Assembly: GCA_051362555.1 (NCBI GenBank)
Contig: CM120649.1
Coordinates: forward strand, 2,108,001-2,172,000
Origin: Lingula anatina
Taxonomy: Eukaryota > Animalia > Brachiopoda
Direction of reading: 5' to 3'
Length of the DNA stretch: 64,000 nt
A program made the position numbers and the translations under genes. Positions 25,817 to 38,900 of this stretch are shown piece after piece. Below the pieces are notes generated by a model. That model saw only the letters and a list, made by a program, of their open reading frames with translations, made no database searches and was not told the origin of the DNA. Within the stretch, counting starts at the first letter, position 1. Each line of letters starts with the position of its first letter.

Positions 25817-27170
25817 TAAAGGGATAATAACATTGGCCAAAAAATGAATTTTCCTGGAGCAAGCAACAATTTTCCCATACTTACCAATGGTTAATGAATC
25901 CATTTTTACATTTAAAGTTAGTCCCTGTTTTTTTTTCTAAAAAGTTTGGTTTTTGTTAAAATCTCTTAGGGGGCATTCCCATAGATTTTAGATCGATCTA
26001 TCCACGTGGGGAGTCTCACTGGATTACTGTTAAATAATCCGGCTTAAATGTCCGTCCCGCCTACTACAAGCTGTAAGGGGTAATTAACTTTCGTGCCCGC
26101 TCGGCTGACAGTTATTTAGCTTGAACCCCCAGGGAGTTAGGTCGATCTAGTTGGATCAATCTTATCTCTGGGAATGGGGTCTTAGTGTGGAACCCATCCA
26201 CAGTGAGCTCCAACCAGGCAATTAGCTAAATTGCTGTCCGCTTCGTCGGCTAAAATGTTTGTCCTGCCTACTAAAAACTGTAAAGGGGTAATTTACTTCC
26301 GTGCGCGCTCTGCTGACAGCAATTTAGCGTGAACCCCCAGGGAGTTAGGTCGATCCAGATGGATCGATCTATATCTGTGGGAATGCAGTCTAAGACTTGG
26401 TTCCCATACATAGATCCATCCATCTGGATCGATGTAACTCCCTGGGGAGTCTTACTAAATTGCTATCAAATAACTGGTTTAAATGTCTGTCACAACTACA
26501 CAATCAGCTAGGGGGTAAAGACTATTATCCCCTAACAGCTTCACTAGGTGCAACAGACATTTAAGCCTGTCAAGTTGACACCAATTTAGTGAGACTCACC
26601 AGGGAGATAGATCAATCCAAATATATGTGGGACTGGTCTCTAACTCTGTCCAATTTACTGTGAAAACACCCGGGGGACTAACTAATGTCATTAAGGCTTC
26701 ATTCACATGCAATGTCTATTTTCTAAATTCTATTTTCTATTCGCGGTATCTTATGATCATGGTCTGTGCCCTGAATATCCCGCGGCGTAATTACTGGCAG
26801 CGTGAGCCAGTTACTATAAGTTACTATAAGTAACTGGCTCGCGCTGCCAGTAATTACGCGGCGGGATACTCAGGGCACAGACCATGATCATAAGATACCG
26901 CGAATAGAAAATAGAATTTAGAAAATAGACATTGCATGTGAATGAAGCCTAATACTAGTGCAGGCGTCAAACAGGGTTGCGTTTTCAGTCCCTTACTGTT
27001 CAACATCTTATTCCTGACCTGTTCCTTGACAATAAAAAATACAACCCTGTTCACCTTAGGGACCATTCCCACAGAAGTTAGTTAGTTGATAACAATTTAG
27101 TGAGACTCCCCAGGGAGTTAGATCGATCCAGATGGATCGATCTATGTATGGGAACCCAGTCCTATAAAGA
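25817..27170. repeat. Composite repeat region: Kolobok-like terminus and direct/inverted GGGAGTTAGGTCGATCCAGATGGATCGATCTA units
   Basis: 25817-25965 resembles 59946-60100; the repeat unit recurs in both orientations and again at ~49430-49570. Confidence 0.6.
26695..26949. mobile_element. Foldback MITE (PIF/Harbinger-like), near-perfect 255-bp palindrome
   Basis: ~120-bp inverted arms GGCTTCATTCACATGCAATG... / ...CATTGCATGTGAATGAAGCC, with a TAA TSD on both sides. Confidence 0.9.
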
Positions 27171-27699
27171 TAAACCTTATATATATATACTGTAGGTGAA
27201 GTTGTTTATCAATAAAGAATCTGAAATCTTTGGGAGTTTGGGGTAAATTTGTGCATTTTCAGAGGAGAAGCAGCCGTCAGATACTCAACCAGAAAACTCT
27301 CTTTAATTCTGGGACCGTAAATGCTAGAGACCTCTTGTTTGTTGCATTTTGTAGACCTTGTCAAGTGCAACATTCAAGGCGGTGTCCATTTTTTTTTTGT
27401 TTTTCATACGGTTTCCGGGATTAGTTTGGAACCCCAAAAGCGTGAGCTATTTAAGCCCAGTATGTAAAAAAAATGGTGGGCTAACTATTTTCAAAAATTG
27501 TAGGCTAAATTGTATATACACTGATGCTCATAAGCTATAAGCAACACTTAAATCTTATTTCTCAAATTTCTCAGCAACCAAGCTTTTTATTGAGGAAAAA
27601 TTTGAACAGTAGCTATATATTTCTCTTGTTCATACTTTGATTGCTTTTGGTTTGATTGCTTGTTCTTACTTTGATTACTATGATTGGCGATTCGGAAAA

Positions 27700-28337
27700 C
27701 TTTGATTTGCAAGATCTTATTGTGAATGGAGAGATCATAGAAACAGTTGACAATTGTAACTACCTTGGTGCAGAAATCACAAACAACTCCAATGACAGCA
27801 AAGAGATATAAAAAGGAGACTTGCGATTGCCAGAAAAACAGTGATTAGTCTCTCAAATATTTGGAAGGATAGAGCCATCACGATGTGTACGAAACTAAGA
27901 ATTTTGAAGACCCTTGTATTCCTAGTTGCAACATACGAGTGCGAATGCTGGGTGGTGAAAAAATCGGATGAGAACCGACTAAAATCATTTGAAATATGGT
28001 GCTACAGAAGGATCCTGAGAATTAGTTGGAAAGAACGGAAAACAAATGAATGGGTCTTGGATAAAATTGGAAAAATGACTCTTTTGAACAGCATCAATAA
28101 GCGGAAACTGTCCTCTATATGGGGCATGTAGCTAGAAGCTCAGGGTTGGGAAATGATATCCTGACAGGCATTGTCAATGGAACTAGAAGAAGAGGGAGAC
28201 AACGACGGAGGCTGCAAGACGATATATACAGAGCGGTGGGCTTGACAGTGGCTGTACTTTTCAAGGCTGTTGGAGGCGTACCGTTGCATGTGCCATGGCG
28301 TATCAGCCTTAACCTTTCTGTCTCTGATGATGATGAT
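27700..28337 (+). mobile_element. RTE-type LINE 3' end, frameshifted
   Basis: YLG motif region, TKLRILKTLVF..SFEIWCYRRILRISW, GHVAR..GTRRRGRQRRR, and a (TGA)n tail. Confidence 0.9.
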
Positions 28338-28499
28338 GTTCTTACTTTGAATTACTGGTCTGTGGCATTTGAGTACTATTTACAGTTGGAAAGGATAGAA
28401 TTTGCAATAGGGGTACCACTTGTGAAAAACATAATTTGGGCATGCCATGTGGAGCTTTAAGTTTGGCTAGTTTCATGGGCACAAATCGTTATATTGTAC

Positions 28500-29670
28500 C
28501 AACCAATGGTTAGAAGAAGAAGACTCAATGAGATAATCAGATGGCAAATAATAGGAAGCCATCGTGCTGGGGTGCCAAAGAGACAGATTCCAAGGCAACA
28601 GAGAGTACCACCAATTAAATCAAGTGCCCAAGCTGGTAGCAAATTGGCGCCAAACTCATCATGTATTGGACAAGCCTCTTTCTGGTAGATTAATATTAAC
28701 CGATGCAAGATATAGATGTCTGGTTCGACTATGCCACCAGGACCGGTTCATGTCAGCCAAACAACTGAGAAATATCTGGCCTGGATAAGGAAGAGCTTGA
28801 ATCAGTAGGCAAACAGTTAACAGGCATCTTTTAGAAGCTGAACTTCCATCTAAAAGACCTCGTAAAAAGCCACCTTTGACCAACAGACACAGGCAGATAA
28901 GATTGGCATAAACCAGATACCGAGAAAGATGGAGTCTCAGGATGGGCGAAGGGTCCTGTGGACGAGAGCAGATTCACTTTGATGTATGCAGATGGTCGGC
29001 TAGGAGTATGGAGAGGTCCCAACCAAGCATTTCAGGATGATTGTGTTCTCCCACATGCTCAGGGTGGCGGAGTATCCATCATAGTATGTTGCGGCTTCTC
29101 ATATGATGAATAATTGCCACTACGTCATTCAAGGAAGGTACACTGGTCAACGATACAGAGACGAAATACCATTGGGGTGCAAACAATCACACATTCATGC
29201 ATCTCCAGAAAGGAAAATCATTTTGGTGCAGGACAATTCAGCCATCCATAAAGCACGGTCCGTGGAAGACGCGCTACAACAGCACGGTATCCCATGGATT
29301 GGCCTGCATATTCCCCATTTTTCAATGTAATCGAACATGCTTAGGGTATGGTAGGCAGAGCAGTAAATCAGAGACAATTAACCTCCAGTCGGAAACATAA
29401 GAATGCTCCAGCAGGCAGTAATTGAAGAATATGGAACCCAATTCCCAAAGCAAGCTTGACAGAATTCTGTGGCAAATTAAGTTGCAGGAGACAATGTGAA
29501 GCAGTCATTCAAAACCAGGGAGTCCACACCCAATATTTATTGGATGATAGATGATTAATTATCTATTATCAACAGTTTTCTTTTATTAAAACTAATTCTT
29601 AGATGATTGATTTTTATTTTTTCATGATAAGCTGTTTTAAGCACCACAAAATTTTTGATGTGTGAGCATA
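28500..29670 (+). mobile_element. Degraded Tc1-like transposon
   Basis: Fragments MVRRRRLNE.., KRPRKKPPL, VDESRF, VQDNSAIHKAR in shifting frames; TIRs not resolved. Confidence 0.8.
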
Positions 29671-29884
29671 CTTTCTAGACATATGGTTTGGCATATTTTG
29701 GTACCATTTGGTTTATAAAGTTATTACAATAAGCAATGTGGTGTATTTCATTGACAGAAATATTTAATTTGAATAAGTTTTTAATAAAATATGAAAAAAT
29801 ATGCTTAATCCCACTTACAAATGTTATAATGATCATGACAGAAGAAATTTTTGAAAAAAATTGCAGTGTTGCTTTGCTAATGAG

Positions 29885-29920
<36 letters not shown>

Positions 29921-30115
29921 CCTGTACATTTAGCTATTGCAAAAAAAAAATTGATAAATAATTAAACCTCAGTCATTAAACATATTATGTAATATTGTAT
30001 CGATATTGACAAATGACCTATTTTGTGCATCAGTATTTTACACCTTTTTTCTGTAGGTTTGACATTGTTGCTGACTTGTTTGTCATTCTCTCTGTTATTA
30101 TTATTATTATTTCAG

Positions 30116-30245
30116 GACCAACTAAGACAGGGGCCAGTCAATTATAGCCGAGAGAAGGAATCCATGGAGCAGAAGAAAGATTTGACAGCATTTCATAAAC
30201 ATGTCCCTCCACATGTTATAAAACGATTGAATGAGAAACTCTCTT
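30116..30245 (+). pseudogene. Partial, internally deleted duplicate of Roco exon 30489-31121
   Basis: Own acceptor tttcag|GACCAACTAAGACA; DQLRQGPV-NYSREKESM..FHKHVPPHVIKRLNE versus DQLRQEPV...NYSEKESM..FHKHVPTSVKKRLNE. The upstream intron is duplicated too; in-frame stop at 30272. Confidence 0.75.
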
Positions 30246-30410
30246 TTTTTGTGTTATTTGTTGTTCATAACTAAAATTCAGTGTTGATCTGGCTGTTAAA
30301 CTGTATGTAATATTTTATTGAAATTGGCAAAATAACCTATTTGTGCATCAGTGTTTTATGCTTTTTTTCTGTAGGTTTGACAGTGTTGCTGCCTTGTTTG
30401 TCTTTCTCTC

Positions 30411-30463
<53 letters not shown>

Positions 30464-30488
30464 CATATTGTTAACATCAATATTTCAG

Positions 30489-32891
30489 GACCAACTAAGA
30501 CAAGAGCCAGTCTCTGGTCAGCAACAGGAGCAGCAAGGTGGTGTCTACTTTCAAATGAGAAGGAAATCAGGCCATGACTTCCCACCTTTACCCCCACAAC
30601 AGGACCCTGTGGCTGCTAGGGATCAAGACCAGGGTGCTGCTGACCCTCAGATCATCAGAACTTGGAGAAACCAGGCTCAAAACCAGGCCCATGGGGATGA
30701 TCAGTTGGAAAGGTTACCTACGGCAGTGACACATGGGATTGCTGGGGTTCTAACACAGATCCCCACTAATACAAGCAGCATGCATATTACATTCAATGTT
30801 CAGCAGGTTTACCACAATTACTCAGAAAAGGAATCAATGCCAAGCATGAAAGAGAGAGATGTGACAGCGTCATTTCATAAACATGTCCCTACAAGTGTGA
30901 AAAAACGACTGAATGAGACACTTTCTCAAGATGATGTATGGAACCAAGTAAAGAAGATGTATGGCATTCCAGATGAAACCCCATGTCCTCCTGATGTTGT
31001 GTCTTCTTTGCTGTCTCAAGTTGAGGGTTCTATTGCATCTTTCATCAGTGTGTTGTTAAAGTTAAAGGAACGCCACAGAGGACAGCAAGACATTCCACAA
31101 CATTTGATTGATGAAGTTAAGGTATTTTATCAATTGGTCTAATGAAAGACTCTGAGGTTTAAACTTTTTGTGAAACTTTACACTAAGATTTACAGTGTGT
31201 ATAATATATTTTTTTGGCTTTCAAGATTTTATATTATGTATACCTCTGTGATATCTATTAAAAAAATCAGCAAATCTCTATCTTCACATTCCAAATGACA
31301 TATAATAACTTAATTCATATTTTGCATCCATTTTGTTTTCAATTGCAAAGATTTACTTGCTGCCAGCATGGCGCTTTGCCAAAATTTAAGTTTATGATAA
31401 AGTTTGAAAATGCACATGTCCACACAAACTACTGTCAGTACTTACAATGTACTTGCCTTGTTATTTTTCTTTCCTAGGGTGGACTAAGGAATGAAATGGA
31501 GTATAAGAAACTTAGGCAGAATAAGATACTCTTTGCTGAGGAACTTCATATTGATATTGGAAGAATTTTAGATTACTTCAATCACTATGATATGGTGCCA
31601 GACGAGGAGATTGCATTGCTTAAAAATAGTGTGAAGGAAAATCCACGAGATGCCTGTAGAAAGTTGTTTGAAATACTAATTGCAGGCAGCCCTGAAAAAC
31701 AACCAATCAAATATTTGAAAGATATTCTCAGAAAGTGCCGACATTGGCATCTGGCAGATGAACTCGAAGTTAGCTACCAGGATGTAGAGTATGAATTACA
31801 GAAACAGAGGTGGCCTTCTTGTGAAGAGCCATTGGCGATAGGAATGGCAGCTCTCCCCACACCTGCTACAGGTGAAAACCCTCTTGGAACACATTAAAAC
31901 TATGTGTACAGTGTTTGACAGTATTTATCAAGATTTTTATGCTATTTGGGTCACCGTGGACTAAGAACATATGGTGTGTTACCACATATATTGACATCAG
32001 ATAAAGTAAATCTATATTTACTGATTTTGAGCAACTGATGAAAAACTACAATGAGACATTTTAAAATATGTACCGTTCAGCATCAATTGTGTAAAAATCT
32101 TTTAACAGAAAGATGACAGAAATTTTAAGCAAAACCTAGTGGCCCATGAAACCATCATTACTGTTTGGGGACTTCAGTGTTGATTTGTATTAGATCTCCT
32201 ACAACCTGCTTATGTTCCTCTTTTATAATAGCATAGAAGAGTTTGAAATTTTGCATGCCTGCGGCCAGTTTTGCAGAGTGTACTATGAGTTAAAGAATGT
32301 TTTTAAAAATTTTAATCTGTGCCAGAACGGCATGAAAAAGAGATATTTCCATACAGATTATTGAGAACGCCTGAACCAGTGTCCAACTCCATGTCGACAT
32401 TATTGCGCTAGTTTCCAACATACTTCTTTGACAGAAGCATACTTCGCCAAAGCCCAGCTTTGACCAGCCCAAAGGAACACTAACCAATCAAATCAATGTA
32501 TAATTAATTGCTAGCGACATACCTGACTACGCACTTCTCCAGTCAGATATATATATGAGATCTGAAATTTTGATTCCGGGAATCAGATTTTCATGTTATG
32601 GTTATGGAGATCGGGCTTTTATAATCTATCCCCCCATATTATGGAATGCCTTACCAAATTTTATAAGAAAAGCAGACAACTTCGGCAATTTTGAATCCCT
32701 TCTTAAAACTCACATCTTTAAATCTGTCTTTATCTCTTAGATTTTTTTATATTTTTAATAATGTTTTTTAGTACTGTTGATTTTAAATGGTTTCCAATGA
32801 GTGTCTTAGATTTAAATATCGTTGTGATTTTAATGATTTTAGTTATATTATTTATTATTGTAAGGCACCTTGAGGTAGCACGTAAGGCGCC

Positions 32892-32942
<51 letters not shown>

Positions 32943-35900
32943 GTTATACCGGACAGTTGACAATTTTGTCAGTACATATGCTGCAGCACTTAAGTGATAT
33001 TTTCTGTAAAGAAGGAGGGATGTACATGTATAAGGTCAAGCATGTCTTGGTAAAGAGACAAAGACATGCAAATACATGTAGATTAGTTATTGCAAATTGC
33101 TAGTGAAAAACTTAATTTAAGAAGAATTTAAGGGGAAACAAAATTTTCTATTCCATATGCAAATCTCGGTTATAAATTACAAGTTTAAAGAATTCTGTTA
33201 TTAACAATTATCAATATCCATTGTCAAGTTACATTTTTTTATGTTTAAAAGATTATTCTTTTCATGTATATGTGCCACATTGAAAACTACATGTAATTTA
33301 TGTTTGATTTTACAGGAAATGGTCCAAATGCTCCATCTGAAATTCAAAATTTAGGACCAGAATTCCTTGAGATATATAACAGAGCTCTGAAGGAGGGTAA
33401 AAGTAAAGATTAGTTATTGCAAATTGCTAGTGAAAAACTTAATTTAAGAAGAATTTAAGGGGATACAAAATTTTCTATTCCATATGCAAATCTCGGTTAT
33501 AAATTACAAGTTTAAAGAATTCTGTTATTAACAATTATCAATATCCATTGTCAAGTTACATTTTTTTATGTTTAAAAGATTATTCTTTTCATGTATATGT
33601 GCCACATTGAAAACTACATGTAATTTATGTTTGATTTTACAGGAAATGGTCCATATGCTCCATCTGAAATTCAAAATTTAGGACCAGAATTCCTTGAGAT
33701 ATATAACAGAGCTCTGAAGGAGGGTAAAAGTAAAGTCTGTCGTATAAGAGTCATGTTGCTGGGACACCATAGAGCAGGAAAAACGAGACTTCGAAAAGCA
33801 CTGCTGAAACAGCCTTATGACCCAGAACTTGACTTTGAAACCAATGGTGTCGAAGTTGATCCTAATGTATCAACATTGTCCATAAACAGGTGTATGTCTT
33901 GGGATGCTAATGGTACGTATGAAGTATTATTTTATCCTCTCTCCAAGCAAACACTCTCACATGGTAGCAAACACGCACGCATACATTCACACTCATGTAA
34001 GAACAAAGAATTAATATGGCTGCAATTGTATGAATAAGTGAACAGCCGTGTATCAATCATTAGTTATTTCTAGAAATAGATGTGTGAAAAATTACATAAA
34101 AGCTATGTTGTGTATGTTATGTATCTGTTTCAGATGAAGAAGACTTAAGTCGTTCACTTATAGCTGAAGCCATTAAAGAAAGTAAGTTTTTTTTTTTTTT
34201 TTTTGTGAGAAGAGCTTTTTTAATTTTAAAGGGAATTTCACAGGCAGCATTGTTCAAAGTAAACATCAATTAGTGGAATTATTATCAAGCAATGACTTAA
34301 GTAGTTTCAGGTAAAAGATTTAACGTAGATAGCAGATATTTAAAAAAATTGACATTACACTATACTTTAGTCATATAAATCCCAGACAGCCTCAGTAATC
34401 TGGCCCACGTCTGGCCCAGATCTGGCAACGTCTGCCCAGACAGCCTCAGTAATCTGGCCCACGTCTGGCCCAGATCTGGCAACGTCTGGCAATATCTGGG
34501 CCAGATTTTGCCAGACACTTGCCAGATCTGGGCCAAGTCTGGCAAAGTCTGGCATTTATGCCACATTTTGCCAGACACTTGCCAGATCTGGGCCAAGTCT
34601 GGCAAAGTCTGGCATTTATGCCACATTTTGCCAGATGCTGCCCAGACTTGGGCCAGATATGGTACTTTCATTTTCAATTTTTATTTTCTATTTATTTATT
34701 TTTTATTGACCAGTGAGCTGAATGCATTGAACTGACGTCATTTGATAAATTTTGATTTAATTTATCTCTCTCTCTTTTCTTCAAAGTCCCCTCATAAGTG
34801 TGCTATTTGTTTAATTTGACTTGACATTTGAATGAATTCACTGTTCTAAAACTTTTTTGAACTACTCGTTCCGCTGTTGTGAGATTCCGCTTTTTATGCT
34901 AAGCCGGTCAAGGACCCGGATGTAGCGTTTCTTAGAGTTATGGATATGAAAAAAGCACAAGCGTATCAAACTGATACAATTCGTTGAGTGATTTGATTCG
35001 TGATGCGATTTATTTCGAAGGCATCAACACTGGCGACGAGGATTAACACTAGTGCAAAACTGTGAGCCAACTTTCTTTGAAAAAATGGAGGAAAAATGTG
35101 AAATTACGGAATTCGAACCGTACAGAAGTCCGGAGACATTAGGGTCACGCTCGACGCGATGGCTAGACAGTTTTAACCTCTTCGCTGACGGAAAAGATTG
35201 ATCTTTTCAAAACCAACGGACGGCATGAATAATGAACAAAGATAGAAAATTAAAAATACATGACAGAGGAGACGCGCGCTTATGTTGCATTCAACATAAC
35301 AGGTGTACAAGATATTTTCAGGACTCTCCCAAACACAGGTTAGAAACATGAATATACATTAGACAGTTAACGCTTTGAATGAAATTGGAACACCAGAAAC
35401 TGTGAGTATGATGAAACCGAAGTCATTTGACAAACCAAGCCAGTCTAAACATTACGAGTTTAGACATGAAAAACGAAGTAGAAACGCCCTGACTGAGAAA
35501 ACATGGAACGTTGGATCACTTTGCAAAAGTCTGCAAAACTGAAACTATTATTCATGTAAATGACAGCTTTGAACATGATAATCCAGGAGTGCATATACAT
35601 TTGGTGTGGGAACCAATGCAATATACACAGAAGACATGGAGGAAATAGAGGCGGTGTTAATCTCAGTGTATTACCAGATTCAGGTGCATATTGTAATATC
35701 ATTGATGAAAATACATGGAGAATGCTTAAATCCAAGAAAAATAAATGTGGCTCTTGTGGAGGACTAGAAAACAAACAGTATTATTCATACACGTCTGAGA
35801 AACCTTTAAAAGTGAAGGGAACATTTGAATGTGACGTAAAGGAAGAGACCAGTAGTAGTGAAAGGACATGGGATTTGATATGAGTTGATAAGTTTTGAGA

Positions 35901-38900
35901 ATTTTCAGTGTGGTTTAAGGAATAAAAGTTGGAGTTCATATGCTATTCTGCAAATGTTTGAAAGGACATTTTAAAGACTGAACTGTCAATAAACATGTTT
36001 TGAAAGGACCGTTTCTGTCCAAGAAAGGAAGGGATGTTGTGTTTTGACTTGACATTTGAATGAACTGTTGTTAACTTGGTAGAGTTACTTGTTCCATATT
36101 GTTGATTCCATTAATAATTATAAGCTTGTCAAGGAGCCGGATGTATCATTTCTTAGTGTTATGGATTTGAAAAAAGCGCAAACATTGCAAACTGGTTCAA
36201 TTCATTGAGTGATTTGATTCATGATGTGATTTAATTCAAAAGCATTGATACTGGGGTTTGTTTTTGTGCACATGTAATTCTCTTTTAATTGTACATCTAT
36301 ATCTGTGCTGGAGTATACATATTTTTTTTTTCAGAATTTACATGTATGTACAGTACTGTAGCCAGCATGCAAGTTGAATTACAGTTACTGCATGGTTATT
36401 TATAATTTTGTTATAACTCACCATCATCTAAAAAAACAATGTTTTTTCATTCATTATTCAAGATTTATTCATTACAAAACTACATTCATTAGTGATTATT
36501 ATTATTAATGATATGTTTGAATTAGTTTAAAAATGACAATGTGTGCAAAAATATTTCCCCCTCAAACCCCTCCCCCATGTACATGCATAATTAATTACAA
36601 TTTTTGTAATTTGTGTTAATTCAGATTCGATGAGCAGCTTTGTGTTGAAAAAAAAATTGTTGTTATAACTGTTTTCTTTACATGTATGTAAGTGACATTT
36701 CCTCCTGTTAAGTGTCTGTATATTTACCTTTTTGCAGTGTAGTTTTTTTTTTTTTTTCAAATATACATTGTTTTGTACAAAAAGACAAGGAGTGACCCTT
36801 AATTTGTTACATGTTAGTTGCCAGCAAGGTTATATAATGTGTAATAATTTTGTTTAGGGTTTTAGCACAGAATAAATACTTGAATCTGAATCTTGTATGT
36901 CTTTTTTATAGTAATCTTATTAAATAATTAAAAATAATTAAAAAAAAGAAAAAAAAAACATTCTGGGCCATATGTGGTCCATGTCTGGCCCTTATCTGGC
37001 CCATTTGAATATGATCTGGCCCACATCTGGCCCACATCTGGCATGCCATACATTTGCCAGATATTGCCAGATCTGGGCCGACATCTGGCCATATGAGCAA
37101 ATGTGGACTGGGCCAGATGTGGCAATGTCTGGGCCAGATCTGGCCCAAACATTGCCACATCTGGCCCACATGTGGCAAGCCATACGTGGGCCATACCTTT
37201 TGCCAGACATTGCCAGACGTTGCCAGATCTGGGCCAGACATGGGCCAGATCACTGAGGCTGTCTGGGAATGTACATTATGAATATTGAATATCGTGTTCA
37301 CCAATGTCAAATAATGTATATTAAACTTGTTTACAGGCCTCCAGGCTGATACCAGCAGTGAAAAAGATGGAATTCCTGTGTTAACCACTGAGTATGGTTT
37401 ATGTGACCAGGCACCTGAATTAGAATCAATTACACCAAGACTACCTACAGAGTCAGAGACCAGTATGTTGACACACTCTGCGGACATGGACCCAGGGGAG
37501 ACAGGTGAAAATTTGGATGAAAATTTGGATGAAAATTTGTCAGAACAGGCATCAAATCTTGAATCTGGTCATGAATTCAACATTGATCAGACTGAAATTC
37601 CAGAGGATGCAAAGGATATGCATAAAGCAGTTATGAAATTATTTGAAGGCAAAGGCACGGCAGAAAGAGATGAGTGCAAAGTTCAGCTTTCAATTTGGGA
37701 CTTTGGGGGTCAGCATGTATATTACACTACGCACCAAACTTTCTTGTCACAAAGAGCAATATATTTACTGGTACTGGATGCCAGCAATGAACTTGATAAA
37801 GAGATATCTACATACAAACAGTCCTCTGAGGGACCAGTGCTTGACAAAACAGTGCCTCAGACTGTAAAAGGTAAAGTTTGATCTTCTATGTTAGTGATTT
37901 TTCATAATGTTGGAGTAAAATCCTTTGTGTCAGTGTTCAAATTCAAGAATAAGATAAATGATCAAGGTTATTTATATGAAATTTCATGATTAATTTTTTG
38001 ATGATTATGTACAATTATAAACATGGTCCTCATCAACAATGAAGTAAATTTATTTTAAATTTAATGAACTTTAATTTCAGGTCTTCATACAGGTATATGA
38101 AGTCATATAATTTCTATATCATGTACTGGTCAGTGCTGTTAATTCTGGACAATATTCTGTCTTTTTCAGAACACAGTGACTACTGGTTGGACTCTGTCCA
38201 CAGCTTTACCACTGGTCAAACTGTAGAAGAAAGTGAATGTCCACCTGTGATTATTATTGGTACACATAAAGATAAGCTTACGGAACCTAAGGTAATTATA
38301 AATGTATGAGTCTAAGAGACCGCATGTGTAGCAACATTGGGACTTGGGCATCAAAATTTCAACATGGTGCCGTTCTTGTGAGCATGCTCTCCGCTAAGAA
38401 TATGCATTGTATTTTGATTTATATTCATATATTTTGGGAAAGGTAACATTAAATATCCATGGAAATTATTAGAGGAGAATAGAGATGGGAAAGCAAGCTG
38501 CAATCTTGAATCAGCAGTTAATTAAACAGCGATGGCATTTTTTGTGAATTACACGCCAGAAAATGGGGATCAGATATAGCTCATTTAATAAGTCTCATTT
38601 AAAATTTACGTTACCGGGTCATTATTACATCAGTGGAAATCTCCACTATTTATGTTAAGTCCTTGTACCGAATCTGAATGGAGAAACAAAAATACACGCT
38701 AGCTAGCTGTGGTTTCGTTGGCGCGCGAGTCTGGAGGACATGAAACAGGATTGGATCATAACATCTAATATTAAACGTTCAGATGACGGGAATCCCTTGT
38801 ACATTGTTGTTTTATGAAAGAAAGAGTAATTTTTGTTTTACTCTAATGCCTGTGCTGCAAATGATCCCTGAGATGACCATGCAAAGAACATGACAATACT

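Noticed and set aside
25161-27310. Candidate extra exons after the second TRADD-N-like cassette (acceptors near 25160, 27195, 27262)
   Set aside because: The frames I checked hit stops quickly or lack a convincing donor, and they show no similarity to exon 15185-15312.
34360-37288. Repetitive ORFs (PDLAQIW.., ARSGPD..) and short repeats resembling a repeat protein or CRISPR-like array
   Set aside because: They are subterminal repeats of a TIR transposon, open in several frames on both strands; there are no unique spacers and no cas genes, and the DNA is eukaryotic.
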